Shown here: piece after piece, positions 37,256-49,200 of the stretch
How positions within the stretch are numbered: position 1 is the stretch's first letter
Layout of the letters: each line of letters begins with the position of its first letter
Position numbers and translations under genes: made by a program
Assembly (NCBI RefSeq): GCF_032062105.1
Contig: NW_026933693.1
Location: 248,001 to 312,000 of the forward strand
Length of the DNA: 64,000 bases
Reading direction: 5' to 3'
Source of the DNA: Saccostrea cucullata
Taxonomy: Eukaryota
Notes under the pieces: generated by a model
Told to the model about the DNA's origin: nothing
The model's database searches: none
The model's input: only the letters and a program-made list of their open reading frames with translations

Positions 37256-40200
37256 ATGTCGGACTATGATTACAGCGATTCCTTTATCAGCGACGAGGAT
37301 GATGCCCCAAGAGCAACCAAAAGTACGGGGGGCAGGAACTTCAGGAAGTACAAACCAGGTAAAAATATACATAGTGTCAGTAATAGTATATAGCAGGGGG
37401 CAGGAACTTTAGGAAGTATAAGCCAGGTAAAAATATACATAGTGTTTTTATAAAGCATTCATACAGGGGGCAGGAACTTTGGGAAGTTTAAACCAGGTAA
37501 AATATACATATAAACAGTCAGTAATGAGTATATACTGTAGAAGCACACATTTTCATGGAGATCAGATTTTGTTCATTTGTCATCTAAAAAGGTTTCTTCT
37601 GCATTAAATTTCATTGTTTCAAAATTAAGTTACTCGATACACTCAACTTTATGAGTGTGTTGGTGATACAGGCCGTTGGATAAACTTATGCTTTATCAAC
37701 GGGTAGATGCTTTATCAATAGCACTTCCGGTTTTGACACGATCCCTCGCTTCAAAATTTTATTTGAAACTTTTATTTGTGATCCCTATTATTGCCCTAAT
37801 AAAATGAATGGTAAAGAGCGATAATATCGTTAAAAGCCAGAAAAAGACTCGTATATGTCAAAGAAATGTCTTAATCATTTTATCAAGGAACCTGTATTGG
37901 CTACTTGAAGACATATGTTACCCCCCCCCCCCCCCCTTTTAAATCGTTTTCGGAGAAAGTAAAGGCTTGCAGTTAAGTTGTTGTTATAAGATTCCTTTAA
38001 CATCTTCAATAAGACTTTCTTATATTACCCGGTATACTACGTATGCCTACCTAGTAATGTAGGTGTAACTTACCATGGATCAACAATGAATCTACAAGTA
38101 GGCCCCTAGCCTTGCCTATCACGTTTTGTACTGCCATCGTCCAAAGAGTTCATTTTCATGATCCAATGGTCCTTACAACTTTCAGTCAGAAGTCTGTTTG
38201 ATGTAAAGCTCCAGCAATTGTCACATAATGTTTTCAAAGATGCAGATAGCAAAAATTTTAAATTATGAATCCGATCTACTTTCTTTTGAGGTATGTCAAC
38301 ATCAACGGTGCTACGTCATCAAGTTATACGTCATCAATTTGAATTACCAATCATTCATGTAGTTTGGCAGGGGAAGTCTCAAAGTTTTGTTAAAACGAAA
38401 GTCCTTTGAGATAAAGAGAACATCTATAATTGTGTGATTTGATATTGGCTTTATCCAACTCGCCTCGCGAATATATACACCATTTCAACTCGTTGGATAA
38501 AGCCAATATCAAATCACACAATATAGATATCCTCTATATACCCTTGTGATGAAGGATTTTTTGACATTTTAAGAATAATTTCTTTGTTCATAGCAGAATA
38601 AAATCATTCAGGTTAATAATAAAAATGTCTAGACGCTTATGTATGATATGTAAAGACGAGGAAGTACGTATTTAAAGTTTCTGTACTTTTTTGTTGTTGT
38701 TAAAACTCGTTTAAAATAACATTTTTTTGTTGTAAATTTAACACTTGCAGTCGTAACCACTCTACTGTTTAGGTTAATATTTTTTGTAAGTAATTTATTT
38801 TCTAGCTTTTGCACTTATATCAGATTTGAACAAAAGTAGAAAGAAAGAAATTTGAATTTAAATCTTAAGAATGATCACAATATACAAGATGAATTTTTCA
38901 TCTATATCATTTATGTTATTATTGTTAACCATTTAAAATTCAGACAAATAGGATTAAAATCATTTTCTTCAATCAATATTCAATTGTATGAACATAAATA
39001 AGTGAAGTTCCTTTTGAAAGATTGTTGTCATAAAAATATTAAAATTTAAACTTCTAAGTGGCATAAATAGAATTATCAAAGTCCAGATAATTCAGATTAA
39101 TCAAAACAATCAAATCTTAAATCTTTTATGTAAATACTCATCTATTCTCTAAGTTTGTCCTAATTGTTAGATTGTTTTTTTTCTTATTAGTTGAAATGAT
39201 TTATTTAAAATTAGTTCAGTAATGAATATTATACCTAGCTTCTGTAGTTTCAAGTGAACAAGTTTTATAAACTTTCCGTTACACCCTTTCCTCTCCACTA
39301 ACTTATTAAAAAAAAAAAAAGTACAAAATTAGAAGCATGTATTTGTAAAGAATAAGTTATCAAAAACATCCATCTTTTAATAATTGAAATAAAACTATTG
39401 TCATCACCACTGTTAGCACTGCCATTTATTGAGTATAGAGTAAATCAGTAGTTCTGATAAGGGGCAGATAAACTGTGAGATTTTTGTTTATATCCATTAG
39501 CCCATTGACCTTATGTTTTAGCAATTACCTGTGTGTAATGTACAATTTTTTCGGTCAATTTAAAAAGCCCATTGTCTTGTTTATTTAGTGTGGGTACAGA
39601 CACAATGATTGCAGTGGGGCATTACGCATTTCTCCTTATAACTATGTTTATGGCTTTCTTAAGACAATGCAAAAATCGATCAATAGTGGCTTCTCGTTAA
39701 ACAAAAGATTTGTAATTTATTTTTAATGGCAATTTTTTTTAAACCTGCAAATGGTGCTGCAGCCAGTTTGATTGGATACGCTTTTTACTATGTAATATGG
39801 CACATTAATTGGGATACGCTTTTTACTCCATGTTTCATGTGTGATATGGTACATCTGTTAATGAATTTGACATACATTCCAAACAGTTGACATTTGTGGA
39901 TGATCTCACTAATTTCATTGGTTGTAGTTTATAGATATTGAGTACATTGTGTTCCAGCAGTGTGTAGTCTCATTGGAAAATAGATGCAAAGAAATCCGAG
40001 TGTTAATTAAAACTCAAGGATTTAAAAAAAAACTTTTTATCATTTTGTTCAGCAAATGAAATTTTAAAAATGGCATTACATGTACTTTCAAGAGGAGATA
40101 GTTTACCAAACAGTAAGTAATTTAATGTTTATAGGGGTATTGTGACTGCAGCATTTTTTTAAAATCTAAATAAAAATGTCAATTATGTCTATATTTACGT

Positions 40201-43200
40201 CATGTTTTCAGATTCCAAGAGTCAAACATTTACTGAAGTCTACTATCCTAAAAAGAAAGGTGAAACTAGACTTAACAAGCTTACAATGTGGTGTGGCCTT
40301 TATGCTTGAATATGTATACCCATTTAAAGCTATGTTTTCTAAAAAACTTACTTATGCCAAAACATTATCCATTACACCTGTAGATATGAGTATGAGGAGG
40401 AATGCCTATAAGACATGTTTGAGTAACCTGTTTATATGAATCACATGGAGTTGCATGCTGTCAGTATACACTGTCACTCAGATCACCAAATGCATGCCTC
40501 TGTAGTCCTTATTGAATAACTCTGGTTAAATGGGTTAGATTATCGTTACATACCACATAAGTTTTAGGCCATAACATTTTAGATTATAAGGGATTTGAAA
40601 TTATCAGTTTTCCTCTCTGGCTTTCTTCCTTCCATAGCCATTGAAAAGAATTTCCTGATATCTAAGTACAACTGTTAAGACTACTTGATATCTTAAAGTC
40701 TGTACCGTTTTCAGATGGGTCCCTTGATCTTTCTTATCCTATTTCCTCATTGTACTTTGTAGGTAGCATGCTACATCTTATGTTTTTCACCTGACCCTAG
40801 ATACCAATCGATCCTTTCCTATCCAAGCTTGTACATTGATCCTCTGAGATTCTTGGTCTACCTGTCTGTCTGTAAAAACTGCTTGCAAAAATCAAAAAAA
40901 CTAAGGGTACAATTCTTATTTAAGATTGTCCTGCATTGATGTTTTTTAAAAGGAAAAGCTGCTTGTATTGACTGCTTTAACTCCTGGCTGGTTGAGACAG
41001 TGTTGACTTTTTTACCAGAAGAACTTGACTTGTGGCTTGCCATCAAATCTGGGTCCATTATGCCTTAAAAAGTTTTAATATTACGAAGTTTGATTATATC
41101 TTAATTTGGTACAGAGATAAGTTGAGACAACCTAATGATTTGTCCTAAGGAATCCTCATCATAAACTAGAACCCTTTTTACTGAGTTGGCTAAAAAAGTG
41201 TCCTCTTGTAATTGCATGTAAGGAGCAAGGACACAGGGCAATAACATTTCTTGATTGACATTCAGAAATCCTCAAGGTCATCTTTGGGCCTCTATGGTAG
41301 AATACACTGTCCCTTTCTCTCAGTATCTAAATTTCAGAGTGTAAACACAATTAATCAATATTTACAAACAATCAATGTGTAATTTTACCAACCACTCAAA
41401 GCAGTATTAGTAAACATCTATTCTTTCATGGAATATATTAAAGAATGGAAGAGTTTATATTGGAAGAGGACATAACAGTTTTTGTTTATTTTTGTTGACA
41501 ATTACATCGTTGAGTATGTCTTCTACTCAATGGCTTGTTTTGTGCTTAAGCCTTTTTACTTTCTTGACTATATTTAGAAGCTAAATCATATTTATGATTC
41601 CCTTTTAAAGGCTGGCTTCAGATGCCAAATTAAAATTTCTTGTGAAAGTGACATAAATTTGTTAGAATTTTAGTAATATTAGCCCTATGTTGTGCAAAAG
41701 CTGATTTTTCATACTAATGGACTTTCCATTGAATGTCAACATTTTGATAATGGACCAGGTAAAAGTTATGGGTGCATCTATCACCAAGAAACTTAGGCTT
41801 AAATAAAGAACTTGAACAAAGGAGAAAACTCTTCTGCTTCAGATGCTGGATTTTGGCACATTTTTGTGATTAAGAATGTTTGCATGTACATCATTTTCAA
41901 AGAGATCCAGGAAGTATTTTATCTTGGTCACTGTACTCTTTGTTGAATATTGCAATTGACTGAGAGTTATTTTCATATAGTCTTTACTTCTAAGAAAGAA
42001 AGAATGGAAAAAAAGGCCACTCAAATTAATGCATTTTCAATCGGATGAAATAGGTTAGCATTGTGGCCCAAGACATCCATGTTTTTCGTTGAGTTGCCTT
42101 TCATTCATTGTCATGTTTTTGTACCTTTGACCATTAGAGCTATACATTTATCTATGAGTACATTGTATGCTGGTAGATTTCATATAAAAAATAATTTTGT
42201 TTATTTTGGGTATGGAGTTTTTTTTTAATAAACAATAATCACTAAGAGATATGAAGAATTATAAATTATCCCTAACTTGTAATTTGTGGTGTCATTGTGT
42301 ATCTTAAAATAATTAATGTGTGATAATAAATATACTTTTTTTTTTTTTTTTTTTTATTTGCATGTAACAGATTAGCATGATAATGGTGATGTGTGTAAGG
42401 ATGCAGTCTAAGAAATATAGTAGGACGAATGAAAGACTAGTCTAAATTTTGATTCTTTGAATTAATGTATAACATCTACTCTTGTTTTAAATATGAAATT
42501 TATTAATAATAAAAATTGTAATTATATAGGTATGGTTTAATCTTTTTTTACTATTCTGCCATTAACCGGTCATTTTCTATTTTTAGTTGGTGGACACAGG
42601 GGCGGCCGAGGCCGGGGTGGCAGAAATACTATGGGCCGAACATCAGTGGCCAACTCCGAACCCAAAATGGACGGCGTTGTTCAGAGAATGATGTCTGCCA
42701 AAAACCTAAAACTGAACGAACTCAGGAACCAGATCGAGGACATGCAGACAGCATTCCGGGACCTCAAAGAGGAGAACAAGCTCCTCAAGAAAATGCAGCA
42801 CCGACAAGAGAAGGCCCTCGTAAAGTACGAGGAAACCGAGGGCGAGCTTCCACAGATCATTGCCAGGCACCAAAACGAGGTGCGAACGCTGAAGGAGAAC
42901 TTACGTAAAACACGGGAGAAATACGAAAGGACGGATCGCTACCTCAGGGATGCCGAGGATGAACTTGACAAGGTCAAGGGCAAGTTAAAGCGGTACAAGT
43001 CTCTGGCCGACCAAAATAATCTGAAGGAGAGGGACGAGCTTCAGAAGGAGAACCAGAGGCTGCAGATAGAACTGGAGGAGAAGGAAATCAGGGTCAAGGT
43101 AAGGAAAAAAAGGTGTAAACAAAGGTGTATAAAAAGATAAAGAAACAAAGGTGTATGCAGGTAAAATACTGATATCAGGGAAACAAAGATGTATACAGGG

Positions 43201-46200
43201 AAAAAAAAAGATATCAGGGTAAACATAGTTGTATACAGGAAAATACAGATATCAGGGGAAACAAATGTGTTTACAGGGAAAATACAGATATCAGGGGTAA
43301 CAAAGGTGTATACAGGGAAAATACAGATATCAAAGGAAACACAAGTTTATACAAAGAAAATACTGATATCAGGGGTAACAAGGTTGTTTACATGGAATAT
43401 ACAGATTTCAGGGGTGGTAAGGGTACTAAAAGATATACCGTAAATCTGGAAACTTTTGCTGTAGATAAATTTTTAGCAAATTTGCGAGTACATTGCATTC
43501 GCAAAAATATTTTTCTTAAAAATAAATCACCGATAAGAAAATATAAACAAAGCAGTGGTCATTCGCAAAATTTTGAAACGTAAAAATTAATCAACAACAT
43601 ATTGACCCGAATTCGCAAAATAAAATTGACGTAAAAATTTCCAGATTTACGGTATGTAGAAATGTGCACAGAATTTTTAAAAAAAAAGTATTAGATGTGC
43701 TGATGTTGGTCTTTTATATAAATATGACAGGAAATGATACTTTGCTTGTAATAGATCTTAGTCTCCCAAATTATAACAATTTTTAGGCGCTTCTAAAGTT
43801 GGTAAAATCTAACGTGAAAGGGGTAGTTTTGTCAAAACTGCAGAAAATTATTTTTACAGCACTGGTTTTCTGAGGTTATTGAAGTTTAAGAACAAAACAT
43901 ATAAACACTTTTAAAAAGTGTTGGGAAAATATACATGCACCATTGAGTTATATTTTTTAAATGACAAAGTCATTTTTATATTTCAAGACTTCTGATGAAA
44001 ATTTAATCTCCTTTATAGGATATTTTTTCTTCACTGGAGGTGATGATTCCTAGAAAAGTACAGGAAAAAATTGAAATTTTAACTATCACATGTATCTAAT
44101 AGGTATTAAACCATTAGTTAGAATTGCACTTTAAATACAAACTTTTGAAAATACATGTATAGTGTGTGTGGTAAGATTGCTGTAGACAGATTGAATTGCA
44201 CTGACCTAAAACTGCTGATTTAGTTATTAACATTGATAAGGTATAAAACATTCAACATTGTCTCAATCACAAGATGAAAATGTTACATGTACTTGTCTAC
44301 TGGATATATATAGTCTATGTTATAGATCTAGCTGTTTGTTAGCATAATGTGCAATTTGTTGTGAATTTCTATGTGGTCATTTATTGTTGAACTTTATAAA
44401 TAAAGGGAGTTCACTTTACTTCATTCATTTTTTTAAACGAAATGATAAAAGAACGAGCAGCAGTTTTTATTCTCTCCTCTGTTTCTGTGGGTCTTTTTTA
44501 CCTGCCAAACACTTGAATTCTGTCCTAAACTCATAAAATTTTAGGTTTATAAAAAGTTCAAGATCAATCGCATAATCAGGACTCTCTAAGGTCTAGGTCA
44601 TATCTGATATTTAAAGTTCTACTGTAAATTGCAAGGATTATAATCAATCTTTGATTATATCAATTTCACAAACAAAATACCCACCGAAAAAACTGAGGAA
44701 ACTGTATGTACATAAATGTATGTATTTATGCCGGGAATTTCAAGCAGGGTTAGGTTTCTGTGAGGCCACAAACTTAATAAATCCATTTTGTAAAAACAAG
44801 TGTTTTTTCCTCAATTGTGCTGAATGGAGCTGTAACTCTGATAGACAAAGCTTGTGTATTTTTGCAGGATCTGGAGAAACACATTGTAAATCTGAACAAA
44901 AATCACAGGCATGAGCTGGGGATAGAAATGGCCCGGAACCGAGACCTAACCAAGCAGATGGATAGCCTCCGAGATCAGAATAATCAGCTGGAAAAACTAC
45001 TCAAGGTAATTAATAAGGCAACAGTCAAAAAAGTTAGTTAATATTTGGCTGATATGTTATTTATAGACAGGGGGATAGTATACTGTAAACGTATTACATT
45101 TAGCGGCTTGTATATTAACTTTAATAACTAGCAAATTCAGACAGCGCTAATTAAATCAAATCAACACTAACTTATTGAAAATTGAATTTTGGCCAAACAT
45201 CGTACATGCCAAATGTAATACACTTACAGAATACCATCAATTCTATATGCTTAGTCAAAATTGGTCCTCCAACTTTAAAAAAAAAATTTCCTGTAGTAGT
45301 TTTATCATTGTTAATTTTAATATCACGGTGACATTTTATTCAGCCCTTATTGATTGTAATATTATACAAACAGGAGAAAGACAAAGAACTTCAGATCAAG
45401 AATATTTACGCTAACCGTTCCCGTGCCCCTCATCGGCTTCCGGCTTCCTATGGGGGAACCCCACACGACACACCCCCACCTAAAGCAAGAAAAAGGGCAC
45501 CCTCACTGCAAGATCTGACCCCCAGGGAAAAGGTCAAGTTGTATGAGGAAAAAAGGAAAGAGGAGGAGAGAAAGCAGAAAGAGGTGGGTATTGTGTTATG
45601 AAGGGAGATAACTCTAATTGCTTTTTCTGTCATAGGAAAAGGAAAATGAGCATTGCTGATACATGTATTACTGAGGTATCTGAATGGGTGTAAAGAAGGT
45701 ATAATATAGCTGGTATTTGGATATTTATTTAGGGTTATTTTAAGAATTGTAAAGTGAAGAAGACATCTTCAAATGATCTTTTAACATTTTGGGGGGTTAT
45801 TTGAATACAATTAAAATGAATACAATACTGTAGATCAATTAATTTTTGCCACACCTTATTTTCGCGAGATAGCCAATGACTCCTGATTAGCAAGACAAAA
45901 TTTTCACGAATTCTGGCCACTGCTCTATATAATCTTAAGGAATTCTATTATATGTGAGAATAAAATTTTCGCGAGCATACCGTCTCCCGTAATTACGCGA
46001 AAATAAAGTTCTCACAAATAAAAAGTGATTTACAGTAGTAAGAGAAAGAAATTTCTTTTTGAATCTGGAAAGACAATGGCAGAGTCACATGAATAAATTA
46101 TAGTATATTTTGTAGTAGGTGAGGAAATGTATTTACTGCATGTATAGAGGTTTTGGTACTTACCGATATTATTTACTAACTGTGATATGTCTATAAGAAA

Positions 46201-49200
46201 AAAAAAAAAAAATCATAATAGAAATGATAAATGAGTTTTAAAAATATTGTGTATATTTTCCTCCCTAGTCAAGGAAAGGGCGAGGTGATGGTCCTAGGAT
46301 GGCCTTTAGTGATAATATAGACAAACACAGCCGAGATACACAGAGGTCTTATGACTATGACACATACAATAGTTATAATAGTCCAGAAAAGGTATATAAC
46401 TCCACCAGTACATGTCTACTCTGTGAGTGATCTCCCTTACACAAGCCTGGTTTGGTTTTTATCAATGTACGAGGGTCATTCAAAAAGTTCGTAGACTTTT
46501 GTCCTAACTTTTTTATTTAACGTCATATTATATCCAAATTTGGTACAAATATTTTAACAACAGATTCAAATAATTTGAGTAAAAAAATTGGAATGTATCC
46601 TCATATTTATTAAAATTACCAAGGATTTAGAACAGCAAAAATGGGGTCACGGAGCACCGTCAAAATTTAGAAATTTTCTAATTTTCACTTTATAGTATTT
46701 ACAGCTATACCTCTAATAAATGGAACTGAATCGAAATAAAATTTACATGTTTAAATAAAGTATTGCTGTATTAATTAAAATGAAATCAGGTTATGTAATA
46801 TCTCGTTTCATTTTAAAGATATCAGCTTCTAAATACATATAGACTTGATTAACAAAGGCAAAAAAAAACACATGATGTTGGAGGACGTCACGGAGCAGCA
46901 AGTAGCAATAAAATTAGACTTTACATTTGGGAAACTTTTTCTACAAGCTTAAAAAATCCTTATAAATCAGAATCTGTATAGAAAAAAATCTGCGTATTTG
47001 TATTTAGTTGAAAATACAATTTTTGAGTGGTTGTGAGTTTGAATCGGACGATAGATTGTCTGCAAAGAAACAGGTTAAAGTTAAAAATATTGTCAAAATA
47101 GTTAGGAACGTCATTGAACGTGATTTGTGCTTCAATGTTGCAGAAATAATAAAGTTGCATGGTAAATCAAAGAATTTGAAAACAATAACATTCTAATTCA
47201 AGCTATATTTGTACAATTGTTAGCAAACCAGGTGTTAAGTATTGTGGATTACTGTAAACCAACTTTTATTCGCGAGCGATAAATTTTCGCGAAGTTCGCG
47301 AGAGCGTCGTCATCGCGAATATTTCTCGCCGCGAACCGGTCCTTAAAATGTACTTGTCTATAAAACTGCAGATCCAAAAGGCTTGATCGTGAAAATTAAT
47401 CGTCGCAAACTAGTTCATCCCTAGTAAATCGCGAAATAAAGTCGTCGCGAATAAAAGTTGGTTTACAGTATTGTTTTGAATTGAGAAGACGCAACAAACC
47501 GTGTTTGAAAGAACAAAAATGTGTATACTTTTGGCAAACTTTCTCAGCGTTGTTTTTGACGTTACAATATTGGTTAACCGTGCTCCGTGGTAACAAAACA
47601 TGTTGCTTTTAATTTTGGCTAACGTGAGTTCTGTTTAATCAAATGGAATGAAACTTCACACTTCGACAAAATAAATGTTTATGTTTACGAAAATGTGTTG
47701 ATCTATAATCTTGTAATAATCATATGACGATGAGAAGCATTGTCTACGTATTTTTTGAATGACCCTCGTACATTGTAGTCCTTACTTTTTCAACTTTTGG
47801 AAATTCCCAATCTTTTTTTTTTTTGTTGTTGTATTGTATTTCTGCTGAATTTTTAATAATTTGCAATATTTTCTGTTTATTTCTGCATGCACTTAAATTT
47901 TCAGTTCTTTTCTTCTAATTATGAATTAAGTTAACAGTACTTAATGATTACATAAGAGTTTGAAGAAATAAATTTACATGTAGACTACAATAATTCTGGT
48001 ACAAATTTTGCAAATTAGAAAAACTAAATTGTAATCTTCACACACTCAGTCTACCCTGCACCATTGATTTCAAGTTTACCAAAAGCACACACAAATATTG
48101 AACAGTTTGAATGATCCTAAGTTCCTAACAGTCAGAATTACAGCTATCTCTATCTTCAACAACCCTACCAATTAACCAATGGTGCCACAACTTGGAAATG
48201 TCCCTTTACCACTGCATTGTCACTGAAGAGTATATTTTACTGTTTTTTTATATTGGAAATACTCAGATAAATTTTGTCGAAATATTTGGAATATATAAAT
48301 TTTCCACACAGAACTCGCAGAGCAAGGGGTATTCTACCTCAACAGAATATGCCCCTGCCCCCACCTGGAGACGCCCTGCCCCTGGGGATCACGAGTACGA
48401 ATCAGCCAAGGAAAATAAACCTCCCCTGCCCAGTACGGGTAGAAAACCGTTTGGCTTTAAATTCCCTGGTAGCACCGCTCGACCAGAGGTAACTTACGTG
48501 GCCGTTTGACTCTCAGGCTGCTGTGTATTTAAGAGTTCTTTATGATCTAACCATTACACATGTAGCTGTCTCAGTTGTGTTCACTTCTAACTTTAGGAGC
48601 TTGACATTACATTATCATGTAGAGTTTACATGTTTTTATGGAAGCATAACCCCCTGTTTTGCAATTAAACAGATTTGTTTTCATTTAGAATTGGTGTTGC
48701 TTATAGGGTTTTTCTAAAGATTTTATTTCAAATATTAAATCATTTTGTATACATGTACATGTACAATCAATCCATATTTAATTTATCTCAAACTTGATGG
48801 AACCACGGAAAAAATTCAAGGTGTTAGAAGTTTCAATATTTAAAAAAAGTAGAATTAACTTTAGAATAACATTAAGTGGTTGAGACTTTCAAATAACATT
48901 GATATACTGTAGAAGTACTTTTTTCCATGTGGTATTAATTTACCTATGTACGCTGTCACACATTTTCCGCGGAAATTTGTCCAAGCCTACTTAATATAAA
49001 TGCAAGACATATAGTGACAGTCTGAGAAATCTGCATAATTTTCAACCCGGGGATTAAACGGTAATTGAGATTCTGCGAAATTATGACCCTGTGGAAAAAA
49101 GTATGTCTACAGTATCCATGGTATTCAAGATATCATGTTTGAGATACCAAAGTTCAACATGTAGGTTAAGCATTAAGCATTATATGATCTTTGAAACGTT

